A stretch of 59,325 nucleotides of DNA, filler included, from Circinaria calcarea (taxonomy: Eukaryota), in the NCBI GenBank assembly GCA_051942165.1. It is 3 parts of 3 records of this genome, joined end to end, with 100 filler letters (N's around TTAATTAATTAA, not from the genome) between each part and the next. Parts side by side here need not be neighbours in the genome. Positions count along the whole stretch, not along the records: positions 1 to 19,749 come from JAVECS010000194.1; 2 more parts are not named here. One strand, given 5' to 3'. Both the position numbers and the translations under genes were made by a program. The notes below the pieces were generated by a model. It did not search any database. It saw nothing but the letters and a program-made list of their open reading frames with translations, and was not told the origin of the DNA. Shown in pieces: positions 1 to 13,284 of this stretch (positions within the stretch are counted from its first letter, which is position 1; each line of letters begins with the position of its first letter).

Positions 1-4
1 CTTC

Positions 5-130
5 TTTCCTTTTTCCTTTTTCCTTTTTCCTTTTTCCTTTTTCCTTTTTCCTTTTTCCTTTTTCCTTTTTCCTTTTTCCTTTTTCCTTTTTCCTTTTTCC
101 TTTTTCCTTTTTCCTTTTTCCTTTTTCCTT
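5..130. repeat. (CCTTTTT)n heptamer tandem repeat, ~18 copies, pure pyrimidine strand
   Basis: Directly visible: ccttttt repeated perfectly from the window start to ~130. Confidence 0.97.
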
Positions 131-145
131 CAGGACTTGAATTAT

Positions 146-401
146 CTCACCTCTCACCTCTCACCTCTCACTCTCACTCTCACTCTCACTTCTCACGAGG
201 TTTGCGCGGGACCTTTTTTTTCCCCCTTTCTTTCCCCCTTGGTTGTTATCCTTATGAGCTTTTTCTCCGGAACCCCCAACCCCAACCTTAACCCAACCCA
301 ACCCAACTCCACTTTACTTCACTTCATTCCGCTTCGCTTCGCTTAGGGGGCGTTTCTGGCTCCCCCCGGGAGCTTCATCTGAAAGCTAAGCTAAGCTAAG
401 C
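146..401. repeat. Cluster of short 5-7-mer microsatellites: (CTCACCT)/(CTCACT)n, (CCCAA)n, (ACTTC/GCTTC)n, (AAGCT)4
   Basis: ctcacct/ctcact run at 146-190; cccaa run ~275-306; acttc/gcttc ~316-344; aagct x4 at ~383-402. Confidence 0.85.
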
Positions 402-645
402 TCAGGGGTTTTCTTTTCTGGATAAATGAGGTACGTGTGTCCAGTCACGACGAAACATGGGGGATCTTCCCAAAACCCGCTTGGGCGCCCCCCCCCCTTT
501 ATTACAGGACTCTCGCGCTCGAAGAGAGAGGAAGGAATTTTAGAGCCAGGAGCTGGGACATGACGTAGTGATATAAAAGTTTTCAAGTATTCGAATTAAA
601 AAGTTTGTATACCCATTCTCCCTTTTCACCACCTCCCTACGTGAT

Positions 646-2170
646 TCATGCATTCCCCGGTTTCTCCTTGGTATCGATATGCCAGACTACATAATTTGGC
701 AGCCCCACCACCTTGTACCCCGCCCTCTTTGCCATTTTCGCGAAGCCCTCCGTCTCGGCTTGGTTCTCAAAGGCATAGCAGGGGAAGTTAATGCCTAGAA
801 CATGCGGCTTTTGTCAGCACCTGAATACAGGAGGGAAAAGTGCAAGGGGAAATGATAACGGACCTGATCTGTGGACGTCTGCCTTTACAAGGATGTTGAC
901 CCCGCCTATACCATCAAGTTCCATCTCCTCATCTTTGTTATCGCGCCAGTTGCCCAATCGAGCCATGTGCTTGCGGCCGGTGACGTACTCTTTGTAACCT
1001 GCCCAAGAGCTTAGTTATATTGAAAAGCAGGCGTGTGCTCCAGCAATGATTACCAACCTTCTGCCAGTATAACGTCCTTATCCAGCGTGGCCGCAAGTGC
1101 GCGTCCTTTATCAGTCTCTTGCCAAGAATTGTAGTCGACTGTCGAAGAGATAAGCAGGGGGTTTGAGAAGCAGAGGACCTTTCAAGGACTTACATCTGCC
1201 CTCTATGTCTCTATCATTTTCGTATCGATGAAACCAGACATCTGACGTAAGGGTTAGCAAAGTCTCCCTTGTTTTCGGACCACTGTACCCACTTGGTACT
1301 ATTATATCCCGGTCATGCGCCATAAAATCCTGAAGTATCGGCTTCGGACTATCCGTTATATCAACATCTCGCCAATACACCCACGAGTGTTCCGGCTTCA
1401 ATGCCGAATAAAGTAGATAGTTCCTCGCTCTTCCTATAGCTCTCCGCCGAGGACCTTGAGCTTGGAAGCCATGTCGGTCTTCCACGTCTTGGCCATGCTG
1501 CACACCGAAGCTCTTCTCGACAATCGTTGCGCTTCGAAAAGGGATACTGTCTGTTCGTTTTTGTACTCGGTCGAGCTCCGCCGCTAAAACTGCGAGAGTA
1601 TCATCGGTACTGTCACCGACAAGGAAGGCAAGGTCGATGAGATGGTGAGGGTATGTAAGTCCAGAGAGGAGATCAAAGTATTTATTTATGTATGCAGATG
1701 CGTCTCGTAGGGGTGTTAGGATAAGGACTCGCTCTTCATTGGCCACGGCCTTCTTGGTGGATTTTATAGGATTGAGATCCACATGTTGTATTGTGGTGGA
1801 ATTGACTTCGAGAGGGGCGTGATGGTTGAATATTACTGGCGTTTGTAGGTGAGAATGCCACTCTGACTGCTCATTCGCTGTCATTTGCATTGGTGACTTC
1901 GACGGACCCCAGCAGTAGAATCTAAACAAAGTTTGCCATATCAGCTTTGGACCTGACCGAGCTCCAGGAGACCCGTGCTATTCCAGCTGGTGAATACCTT
2001 TGCATATCTGCCGCCGACCCGCTGAGAGCTTGCCATAACAGCAGGATTACGCCGGCAATCCCCACATACAGCAGAAATCGCGTCCGGACCAGGAAATTTA
2101 GAATCGCTCGTGAAGGAGGGAGGCGGGCCTTTGTCGATTTCCAGGTCAATCCGCCTTTGGGTAGCAGCAT
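646..2170 (-). CDS. ANP1: Golgi mannan polymerase subunit, Anp1/Van1/Mnn9 (GT62) family; multi-exon
   Basis: ATG 2170 MLLPKGGLTWKSTKARLPP..., one N-terminal TM helix; ERVLILTPLRDA, WVYWRDVD (DxD), GRFDYNSWQE after splicing; ends ENQAETEGFAKMAKRAGYKVVGLPNYVVWHIDTKEKPGNA* (stop 646-648). Anp1 versus Van1 paralogue not fully resolved. Confidence 0.9.
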
Positions 2171-2774
2171 GATGTGTGTGAGAAATGAAGCTAGCGGCCT
2201 CACGACCGTTCTTCTACCGTTCTGCCAATCGCGACAACGTAGAGAGTTAGGGATAGACCGCTGGCAAAGGATATCAACCAAGATAACGAGTGTCGGCACG
2301 TGAAAAGGTGGTACAGATACGAAAAGAATGTAAACGCCGTTGGGGTTGAGGAATCTCACGGCATACGAGAGTATCGCCCGGATTGGCTCAAGGGACCATC
2401 TCGGACCGCTCGGGGCTAACGCTAGCCCACCGGCTTACCCTCGACGCCACCAGATATAAAATTGGAACAAATGTATTCTCCAAATTTGACGGCTGCAACA
2501 TTGTTATACTAGATCCCAAGAAGATAACTCAGAGCAGCGAGACCATACTTCAAAATTACCAAAAGGCCGGATATGTATCGGACGACCTATTCAAAAGCCT
2601 ACCTTTTTGCTAACTAGGTTTTTATATGGTTGTTGTCGAGTATACAGGAGGTATCGAAATCCGTACTAACAACTGTTTCCCATGCAACTGCAGTACAACT
2701 AAGAAAAACGCTAATCATTCTTTCAAGACTCCTTCACTTCGGAATCAGGACGATACAAGGCCAAGCATCTTTGT

Positions 2775-3986
2775 TTAATATACTCTGTCACTCTTTGTAG
2801 TGCCCGCCAGAGCATCCTTTACCGCACGCTCACTTAATTCCCACAGCTTTCTCTGCTCCTCCTGATCCTTTGCCAAAGTCGTCAACTCCTCCTGTTCACA
2901 GCGTAGGAACCTGATCGTCCATGACCACTTCGGGACCCAGTATTGCCCATGGATGTTTTTCTCGCGGATTTCTTTGCTAGCCGCAAGATAGACTTGGGTT
3001 TTGGCGGAATCCGCATTGGTATTTGCGACTCTAGTTATGATTGCTTTGGCAGAGACTTCGACCCATCTACCTACAGCGCCAGGTATGGCGCCTGTCCCTA
3101 ATCCTGTACCACCAGCAGAGCCTATGCATGCAACTTAGCTTTGTTCGGGAAGCAAAAAGCAAACTTGGGACTCGAAATGTTACCTGGGTGACAACTGTTA
3201 CAGTAAACGTTGGTAATCCCTCGGGCCTGTAGCCTCCTATCAAGCTCGTTTGTAAAGTATATGTTTGCGAGCTTCGAAGTTAGGTACCTACGAAAACTGC
3301 TGAATATGTGCCACCAGTGGGAGCCATCAGTAGGAACCGGAGTGGTTAGAGCCTTGTAGTCGAGCTTCGTGGCACCTTTATAGCCCGCTGAAGACGTGAC
3401 TACAATACGAGCTTCTCCATGGCTCGTAGCTGTATCCTCAACGATATCTGATAACCACATCAGCTACCGGGAACCTTGCGGCAGGAGTCCTGTAATGAAC
3501 GAACCGAGAAGACTCGTAACGAAAACAAAATGTCCCAAGTGGTTCGTCGCAAATACCCGTTCATAGCCATCCTGTGATAACTCTTTTAACGGGAGAAGAC
3601 TAACGGCAGCGTTTGCAATGATAAGATCAATGCGCCGTGGCTCTGTTCTCCTAAACTCTTCGGCTGACCGCCGTGCGCTGTCGATGGATGCCAAGTCGAG
3701 TAAGTGGAACTTGATGGGTCCGCCATGACCATCGAGCCTTCTCTCTGCCTCAGCAATGCCCTTTAGGCTCTTTTCCTTGTTTCTGGAAGCGACATAGACT
3801 GTGCATCCTTTTCTCGCCAAATAGATGGTTGTCTCCAGGCCGATACCCGCTGCTCCTCTGCCAGATTCGTTAGACTATCACATATATATTTGTCGGGGTA
3901 TTAATTGCGGTATTGTCAGACCCTGTCACAATGGCAACCTTGCCGGTCAGGTCTTCGAGAAGGTTGTAGAACTGCGTCTCCTCCAT
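2775..3986 (-). CDS. Short-chain dehydrogenase/reductase (retinol-dehydrogenase/WWOX-like)
   Basis: DLTGKVAIVTG|GAAGIG (TGxxxGIG rebuilt across an intron), LIIANAA, FATNHLGHF, YLTSK (YxxxK), NSCHPG, C-terminal QRKLWELSERAV..RVY*. Confidence 0.88.
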
Positions 3987-4601
3987 GAATTTTTTGATAT
4001 CTTTGATTGATGAATGAAAGCTGTGATCAGCACTAGACACTTTTTTCAGCTTCAGGTGCATTCCAGAGCGGACCCTGGGTAATGACGTAAATTAATAAAT
4101 AGGAAACCCAAAATAATGATTGGATTTAAAACAAAGCAACAAATCAAATCCATCTGATTTGGAATCGAACCCAAAATGAGCACAGAATTTATACGTATCC
4201 GAAGATACTTTACTTATATCGTGACACCTTACGTTAATGTATGGGTAACTGGCATTCACTATTTGCAACCGCTCCACTGCCTAGTAGTGGTAATGGTTTT
4301 CCTATTGTAAAGATATATACAGCAAAACATAAAAGTAAAACTATCCGGCCAAAAGATTACTTTGATATTTAAATAAACTTCGATATATAAAAACTCACGA
4401 AACAAACAAATGTATACCGTTGGTAACGAAACTGGCATAATAATCCCCCCCTTTTCCTACCTTCCCTTCATTTCCTTACTTCCTAGACATCGACTGGAAG
4501 TCTTGAATTCAAGGGTACCCTTTTGGCAACGCGGGCGGATGGATTCCTACATGTTTGTGGGACGTTTTTCAGTCCTACTCCTCCAGCTATGCCGGTAAAA
4601 G

Positions 4602-5023
4602 CTAAAAGGGGTTGACCATCGGTCGACGTATAGGTACTACTGTCATATTGGATAGATCCTCAACAATTCCCAAAGATTGCAACTCCACGGCTATGCCGTA
4701 ACTGTGAGCCAAAGCCCGATGCGTACCAACCAAATCGAAATCAGGAGGAGGAGAGCTGCAAGTTAGGCGGACAAACGCCCAGCTGGGACACCCCGAACGA
4801 GTTCCGAGCACCGGACATCGTTTCGGAGATTGGTTCCGTAGAATACACCGAGGTCGTCGTGGTTATGGAATGCTGAAGAGGTATTCGCAGCAAATGTTTG
4901 GATTAGAACGATCAGACCATCTTCAATAACGCGGTATCCGAGGAGTAAAAAGCAAGGGCACGGGTTGTTGTGGAGGTTGACAAGTTGTAGGAAGCCTTCA
5001 CTAATGGGAAATTCGTTGGCCAT
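4602..5023 (-). CDS. Hypothetical ~125-aa two-exon protein
   Basis: ORFs 4763..5023 and 4602..4811 can be joined in frame by an intron ending ...cctaac-ttgcag (branch + acceptor). The donor (gtgctc) is weak and no motif is recognisable. Confidence 0.25.
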
Positions 5024-5523
5024 CGACTACAACAAAGCTGATAGGAAACATTATATCAACAAGAGACATGGGTTGAAGGTTGATAGTTGGTAGATAAGCG
5101 AGTTTTCAAAGGCTTGTTTATTATTATTATACTTGTCCAAGGTACTAAGGGTAAGTTGGTTGATTGGTGCATTAAGGTACAGGAGGAACAAAATATGAAC
5201 ATGAAGTCGTCTCAGCATGTGGACGAGCATTGTAGAACCATTACTGTCTGTGCTCATATGAACTTGCCGCAAAATGGGAAAGCCAACTAGCTGGACAGCA
5301 AAAGCATGTTTTTGATACCGAGGCCTTCTCCGTTTGTCTGCTCTTTTGACTCTGCCTTTTCCATCACCTCCGCTACCACCTAACACAAAACAAGTCCAAG
5401 GCAAGCCATGCGTATCGAAACGACAGTAGCGACTCGCTGTAGGGACTATTAAGTATGCCGATTACCAAACAAGAAATGCTGATGTACCTAATTAAGCGTA
5501 AAGCCAACGCCAGATGACCCCAA

Positions 5524-6911
5524 CTACAACAGCATCTGCAATAGTCCAACAGCTAAGAGCGTACCAGCCGTGACCATAGGTACATTCACGTCGAAGTGTC
5601 CGGCGGCACTCTGGCCAGTGGGAGAAGCACTGGAACCTGAGCCGGTTGGTGTTGTACCTGCACCTCCTGGGGCGCTTTGTTGACCGGCACAAGTCAATGC
5701 ACCCTTCACTGTTTGGTTATCCCTGAACTCTTGAATTGGGGTGCAATCAAAAGTGGCAGATGTCTGCACATTCATAGCACCGTTGACGTTCTTGAGTCCG
5801 GGAAGCATAACACTGGAAGGATCTGGATTAGTGTCCACTGCATGCAAACAGGAGCTATTGAGCACTCACCTGGTGAAGTTACCACTAAAGTCAAGGTCTC
5901 CGTTAACATTTGACAAATTTTCAAAGCCGTCGATGGATCTCAACAGAGTGTTGTTTGCAATCTGATAGGTACCGTTCCTGCCGTTAATGGTGGTCAATAA
6001 AGGCATGGAGATACTAGTCAGATCGGCATTGCCGACAAAGACAATGCCGCCAGCAGATGTTAGGTTCGGAGCTGAGAGACTTTCAATGTTATTGCCGTAG
6101 AATCCAAGGTTTTGGGTTACGTTGGACAGGGCTGGTATCTCAATGGAGCTTGTATTCCGGATCGTTATTTCCCCAGCGGTTATCAGGTTGGGAAAAGAGA
6201 CCGAGAGACCTTCTCCTTGAACGTCATTGGCTCCAATGTTGAGAGAACCCCTGATGCTTGCTACGGATAGCGCAATCTCGTCCAGGAAAGGGTTGTTATT
6301 CACATCGAATGATTGAACCTGTCTCAAACCATCAATACCCCTGAGAGAATTAAGCTGAGTGTTGGTAATCAACACCGACGCTGCTCTCGTGATGCCCGAA
6401 GTAAAATCGAGTGATTGTAGCGAGGAGAGGCCGGAGAAGTTGAGCGCGGCAACCTGGCCCAAGGCAGTGAGTGATAATTGCGACAGTTGCGACAAGGCGC
6501 CCAGTGACAAATCGCCGGTGGTTGTGAGTTGGCTCGCCCGGAAAGTGAGAACAGAGTCGTCGTCTTGATAGCTCAATCCACCGGTGATTGCCTGTATGCC
6601 GTCGATGTTGACCGTTCCTGCATTGGCTACACCAGTTGCAAGAAGTACATTGCCACTAAAGGTGGTGCAGGTAGCCAAAGCGGTTGCTCCTGCTGGGTCG
6701 GAGATCGTGGTGGTGGATGAAGACGGGATACTGCAAACAGCTGCTAGAAATTAGCTACATTTAAGAGATGTATGCAATGGACGATGGACTGGCAGAGCTC
6801 CGTCGAAAAATGATTGGGGAAGCTAGGAGTTGTGAGACCCTTTGATGGGGACTTACCAGAAGCAGTGGAGACGATGGCCAAAGCCGACAGAAGAATCTTG
6901 GTGATAGCCAT
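5524..6911 (-). CDS. ECM33: GPI-anchored cell-wall organisation protein Ecm33 (receptor L-domain)
   Basis: Signal peptide MAITKILLSALAIVSTAS (ATG 6911), CTTFSGNV, LRR/L-domain repeats (FPNL..AG, IANNTLL, GDLDFSGNF), Ser/Thr/Gly stretch and hydrophobic GPI tail ..AVGLLQMLL*; two GT-AG introns. Confidence 0.93.
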
Positions 6912-8607
6912 TGCTCTTGGACTGAAGTGCAGGTAAATACTATAAGCAGTCAGTTTTGACATGCATAGACAAGCCGCTGACACTGAATGGTTGTGTATGG
7001 CAATTGGACTGACGCGTATCAAGTCGAAAGGTGGGGAGTTGAGCCGAGAGGATAGAGGATGGAGGATCTTGTGCAGACTGACCTTGGTGGTATATGTTGC
7101 AGTCTGGGTGTGGGAAGATGTGGCTGATGAAGTATTACGTGTGGAAGTGGTCCAACGGGTGAATGGAATGGAGGAGTCAACGAGTGTGAAAAGAAACGGG
7201 TTGCCAATTAATAGATTGTTATGATCGTCTCGGCAACGCAAGGAGAAGTACGGTTCTCGCGGATGGCGTTTCCTTGATGATCGTTCTCCACGACGACAAG
7301 AAAGAACGGACGTTGGTGAAGAAGAAGAGGAGGAGGAGGACGACAGACGGGATGAAGGTGTTGATGGGACTGTTGTGGAAGAGGCAGGTGAGTGAAGGAA
7401 AGGAGCTTCCTGCCCAATTTTTGTTTTCCGGCCCCTTGTCTGAAACCCAGCTTGGCGGAAGGCGCTAATGCCCGTTTCGCTCTGGTTGGGTGCTCTGGGC
7501 CGGCAGGAATTCGGAGAGCTTGACTCCACACTTTGTCACTTTCTATGATTACGCTACAACAAGCTCATGTTCCGAGGTCGACAGTGGCAATGTCAATCCA
7601 TAATATCCCCGAGTCTCTCTTGCTTTGTTGGCATCCTACACGTTGCCGTCGATAGCGTTGATGCGCACAATCGTCTGAAGGTGATACGAAGTGCAGCTTC
7701 CCTGCAGCATCCATTTTCTCGACATTTCTCGACAAGCGACCGGTAACTATTGCATGATCCCTGCAGACCTATCTTTTCGCCGCTTCTGCCCTCTTTTCGG
7801 CGTTCGATGATTGGACCCACCCTATCTACCTTATGTCACATGTGTGCGCGTACAATTCGATTGTGCGGCACCCAACTTCCAGTAGCAGCGTCTATAACTC
7901 CTCATCTTTGGGAATACTGATAGATAACGGACCGTGATAGTGCTACCCAATACAGAGTCGGGACTATTGGGAAAGGGAGACGGTGGGTACCTAATCTTAC
8001 CTTCTGAGGGCATGGCAATCCCCTCTCCTTTTTCAAACACCGTCTCCACAAACAGCTGGCTAGGACGTAGATCTTCCCGGATGCCGTTTTGTCTTGTTCT
8101 CCACCTCTTGATGGACTAGTGGCTAGTGGTTAGTGGCTAGAGTGCCAAGCGATGTTGCTCTTTAGGATTAGTTTCAAGGCGATTAGTCACGTGCTAAAAG
8201 CATGACATCCCATAAGACTGCCTCCGTACTATTACTCTCGGAGCACAGCACTTACCAACTGTACCTACCAGGATCGCTTGATTAAAGACTCTATAGCCCG
8301 TTCCTGTAGAGATACTTGAATGGTACGCGGTGGTCCACCGTGTGAAGCCTATCTCTCGGCAGAGGTCGTGACCATTGGGCCTGAATATCAGCATAGGGCA
8401 AGGACTGGATCAGTCGAGCGCTCCCAGTAAACACTCGCCGACGGCTACCGGTACTTTAGTCGAACACCGTCCCACGAGCTGCTTCTTTGCAACACAGCCG
8501 GTGTATGTTTTAAAAGGTTCCGGTCAGTTCGATTAGCAATCCCGCAATCCGAGTCACAGACCTCCACGCTGGCTGCAAGGAGCCTTACAGGAACTGGTCC
8601 TTTTCTG

Positions 8608-9888
8608 ATGTCATTGAAACGGATGACAAGGAGTAGCACTCAGGCGGCCGCTAAAGCTCCAGCCTCAAGTACAGCTGTAGAAGTAACAAAACGCACGAAA
8701 CCTGTCAAAGCCAGATCAAAGAAACTGAAGACTGAAGATGTCGGACACACGATTCGCGGTTCCCTCACCGCACCTGCCGATGCTGCCCCATCGACCCCCC
8801 CTGCCAAAAGAATCAAACGGACTGTAGACCTGGCACCTCCAATGACACCTACCCCTGCTCTTGTCTCGTTAATGGCAACGTCCTATAGCACTGGCGATAT
8901 TGACGATCCGACGCCGCCGTCCCCTTTGCTATCTCATCGGCTAGCAGAACCTCATATGACGAATGCTCCTCTAACGACTCCAGGAGGATCTCGGCTTGTG
9001 ACATACTCGGAGGATGTTGTTAACTCCTCTCCATCCAAGACGGGGCTCCCTCGACCTACAACGACAACGGGGCAGCTGCTGGACGAAGCATGCGCCCATT
9101 TGATCAAAGTAGAGCCAAAACTGACGACTGTCATTGAGAAGTATCAATGCCGACTTTTCTCCCCCGAAGGCCTAGCGGAGGAGATCGATCCGTTCAGAAG
9201 TCTTTCAAGTGGCATCATCAGCCAGCAAGTTTCTGGGGCAGCCGCTACATCGATAAAGAATAAATTCATAGCACTCTTCCATCATCCACCTGCTGAGGGC
9301 AAGGAGACACCGGCACTGCAATTTCCGAGACCAGCGCAGGTGGCAGCTTGCAATGTTCCGTTCCTTCGTCAAGCTGGGTTATCAGGCAGGAAAGCCGAGT
9401 ATATCAAAGGATTGGCTGAGAAGTTTGCAAACGGAGAATTGAGCGCGAAAATGCTGATCGAAGCAAGTTATGAAGAGGTCGTGGAGAAATTGACCGCTGT
9501 CAGGGGTTTAGGGAGATGGTCCGTCGAGATGTTCGCCTGCTTTGGGTTGAAGAGAATGGACGTCTTTTCCACGGGTGACTTGGGTATTCAGTAGGTGAAA
9601 CCGTTCCAAGCTACTCATCTACTCGAAAGCGACTGACATCACTTGAGACGTGGCATGGCTGCGCTTGCGGGCAAAGATGTCAAGAAGCTGAAAGCCAAAG
9701 GCGGGGGTAAGTGGAAATACATGTCGGAAAAGGAGATGCTGGAGCAATCTGCCAAGTTTGCCCCTTATCGGTTAGTGGTATCTTTTAACGGACCGTCATG
9801 CCATGAAGGTCTAACAGAATGCAGAAGCTTATTCATGTGGTATATGTGGAGGATCTCCGATGAACCAGAATCTGCACCTCCAATATAG
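8608..9888 (+). CDS. MAG1: DNA-3-methyladenine glycosylase (AlkA/Mag1, HhH-GPD)
   Basis: GIISQQVSGAAA, LRQAGLSGRKAEYI, HhH LTAVRGLGRWSVEM, DVFSTGDLGIQR, PYRSLFMWYMW; introns 9591-9647 and ~9771-9824. Confidence 0.92.
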
Positions 9889-10401
9889 CCATCCATGAGT
9901 TTGTAGTGTAGCCAACCCGATTTAACCGGCGGAGCAAGTCCTTTCTTTGATCTTAGCGCGGAGTGCGTTGGGTAAGTAAATGTACCTATCTGCAAGCGCC
10001 GCAGCCTTCAAATCTCATGGGCAATCGAAATTATGGCCTTGAATCTAATATCTTTTCTTAATATGTGGACTATTAAGGGTAGCGTTAAGATAGTCTGGTT
10101 TATATATTTAAAACAATAAGCACTGAGTGCATGCTCATCTATAGGGACCCAAGGTGGTTTACTTATGTATTCTTAAGGACAACAAAGACTTAGCTGATTC
10201 GGCAGTAAAGATGCAATTGGACTAATCAAATAAGCAGATATCAGAAGGAAAACCAAATTCGTTGAAAAAGTGTGTCATTGCATATGTCATCCGTGACCTT
10301 TGCGAATGCGTGTTGAATAATTTTGACAATGCAGTAGAGTACATTCTAGTGCGTACCAAGTACAACGAGAGGAAACATCTTCTACATCGTTTCAGTGCAC
10401 C

Positions 10402-11009
10402 CTATGCTCGTGCTTTCCTCTTCTTTACCACCATAGCCTCCAAATCATCGCGCTCCTGATTCTCTGCCTCAATCTCTTTGATAATTGGCGTTAAATATAG
10501 GTAGTCCTTCAATTGATTTCAGTCAGCTATGTACTGGTCCAGCATATATATGCAGCATTACGTACTTCTTCGGGCTTGATTTGTTGATCCTTTGGAAGCA
10601 GCTGATGGGCAAGTGAACACTGCAAAAGCGTCAGCATCTCACCTCCCACATCACCAGTAGTCCGCCATAAGTGAACGCACCTGGAGAGCCCGCCGTAAGC
10701 GGAATACTCGATCGTATGCTTCCTTCGGTGGGAGTCTCTTTAATGCTAGGAGTACCGTTTCGGATTCTTCGGGGATCAGGTCGTCGGCTCTGCCGAATCA
10801 ATGTAATTAGCACTCGATATACCTTCTTGCACCTTGTGCTAGGTAGTCAAAGACGGGATGGTCCAGTCGTGCAAGAGTACAATGAGTCCGTACTTCAGAC
10901 CAAGCTTCCTATATCCCGCCGCCTCCTTATACCACTGCGCCATTGGCTTTATCCAGCGCATCAGCCATGGACGCTTGACAATGAAACCGGCCAAGGATGG
11001 AGTCGACAT
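10402..11009 (-). CDS. QCR7: Cytochrome bc1 complex subunit 7
   Basis: MSTPSLAGFIVKRPWLMRWIKPMAQWYKEAAGYRKLGL|ADDLIPEESE...YDRVFRLRRA|CSLAHQLLPKDQQIKPEE|DYLYLTPIIKEIEAENQERDDLEAM; four exons. Confidence 0.95.
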
Positions 11010-11445
11010 AATTGATGGCAAGGTGGAGCCAGCAGTTGGGAAATCTGTTACTCGACGTCCCTTGACCTGATGGCACTTTGACCCTTGAAGAGCTGTTTTA
11101 TTACACTAGCGCCATTACCATAAGGCTCAAAGCTCATGCTATCCGATCACGCCGATATCAGAACTCTAACAGTGTTGCTTTGTTCACATCTCAAATTCTG
11201 GCGCAATACGGCACCTGCATTCTTCTCGACTTGGCATCCAACACTATTATTGTCTTCAACTCGCACTGCTCATGGGGTTAATCAATCGCTAGTAGGGTAC
11301 TCTGAAGAGTGTTGCGTGGGCGGGCAGACCCCGCACACTGACATTCGGCAGCGTGAACGCACACGACCTTTCAACAAGCTCTCTTGAGCGGGATTTTGCC
11401 AATGCTTCGTTATTGAAGGCGCAAAGCCATACGCTGGAGCTAAGA

Positions 11446-12670
11446 ATGGTATTCGACCGAAAGTCAGTCAGCTCAATTACTGAACCAAACGATGCCGCTA
11501 CAATGGAGAGAAGTCGTCTGGCAGGATACGCACCAGGGCCAGATCTACCCATCACCAAACTCGAGGCATTATCTCTACGGGTTCCTGAGCGCTACGTAAT
11601 ACCCATATGTGGCGGCTTGGCTGGTGCTGCGTCCGGAATCGTCAGCTGCCCACTTGACGTGATCAAGACAAAGTTGCAGGCCCAAGGCGGCTTCAGAATA
11701 GCAAAGGAAGGGATCTCAGTTGTCGCTTATCGTGGAGTCTATGGGACGGCGGCAACAATATGGCGTGAAGATGGCATTCGAGGCATGTACCGGGGACTTG
11801 GACCCATGCTGCTTGGTTATATACCAACGTGGGCAGTCTACCTTACGGTCTATAACAAAGCCCAAAGCTTCTTCAACACCAAGACCGGTAAGTGCCTATT
11901 TTCTTTTAGTTGAACTGGAATCTAATACAATAGTGCCAGATAATAAATTCCTCGCAAACGTCTATGCGTCCATAGCTGGTGGCGCATGCTCAACTATGGC
12001 CACGAATCCAATATGGGTCATCAAGACGAGACTGATGTCGCAGTCAAATTCAAGAACTGGATTGGACCATCATCGACCGCCCTGGCATTACCATAATACG
12101 CTGGACGCTGCAAGAAAAATGTATCGCAGCGAAGGAATTTTAGCGTTTTACTCTGGGCTTACACCTGCGCTGCTAGGCCTTACACACGTGGCGATACAGT
12201 TTCCTTTATATGAGATCTTCAAAGCAAAGTTCACGGGCATCGGCGTTGGTGTGAAGGAAACAGACGAGGATAGAAGTTCCCACTTCTATGGGATTTCACT
12301 GGCTGTATTCATGAGCAAAGTCATCGCCAGCACCGCAACATATCCCCATGAGGTCGTCCGAACACGCTTGCAGACCCAGCAGAGATCATCTTCGAGCGCC
12401 TCGTCTGGAGAAGGACGGGCCAATAATAGCTCACCGTTCGGTCAACCGGCTAGTACGTTACGCTACCGGGGCACAATAGAGACTTGCAAAGCCATCCTTA
12501 TAGAGGAGGGCTGGCGAGGTTTCTACGCTGGACTGGGTACTAATCTTATCAGAGCCGTGCCATCAGCCATGACTACAATTCTGACTTTTGAATTTCTTAA
12601 AAAAGGCGTCTATCAGCATCAACAGGACGGCAAGACCAAGATGGGAATGTTCGAAGGAAATAGGTTATGA
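11446..12670 (+). CDS. Mitochondrial carrier, NAD+ transporter (Ndt1/Yia6) or Flx1-type subfamily
   Basis: Three PX[DE]XX[KR]X[RK] signatures: PLDVIKTK, PIWVIKTR (the W is typical of NAD/FAD/folate carriers), PHEVVRTR; intron ~11888-11939. The 5' start is uncertain (upstream ATG at 11136). Confidence 0.9.
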
Positions 12671-13284
12671 TTGTTTGGAGTCCATTAGCACTGCTAGAAT
12701 TAAGCAGGGTCAGGATCGCAGCGTTTTAGGTTCTCGCCGTCACGTTCTCTCACCTACGGCTTGGTTTTTGCAACTTGAGCTCCAGGAGCTTTACAGAGTT
12801 GGTGCACTTTAGGAAGATTTCGACGCTGGGGTTTGGGTGTTCACGTTCACCAAATCGGGTCATGAAAAACACCAAGGCGCTCTGGTGTCTCATTTTCTGT
12901 TTGCGAACAGCATTTGAATTAAGCTTGTATCGGATATGCTGATTCGGTGCATATCCCTTATTGCATCTGGGAGGATTGCGCTAGACCATGGCCACATTTG
13001 TACATAGATTCGCAAGTCGCACATGCGCAATATCTGTTACTCCCAGCTGTATGGTATTTTCTTGGCGATATTGCAAAGTAGATGCCCCACATCCACCTCC
13101 TTTCGCCGCTTCTGTAGGCCAGTCTTTTCAACCTTGTCCTCAGATTACTTAGGTTGCACTCAAGCTGGCGGCGAAACCATAGATGATAACGTCGTTCGAA
13201 CGCCGGTGATCCTGCCCTAGATAGCTTGTATCCTTTTGAAGATCTTGCTCAAGGAGCCGTACCCGGGAGCATCTTGATTTTGCC

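Noticed and set aside
271..306. Telomere-like C-rich repeat
   Set aside because: Units are CCCAA/CCCCAA rather than a CCCTAA array, and the run is very short.
6744..7531. Long ORFs upstream of ECM33 (261 aa, 107 aa)
   Set aside because: Low-complexity translation of promoter/5' UTR; only the MAITKILL exon belongs to ECM33.
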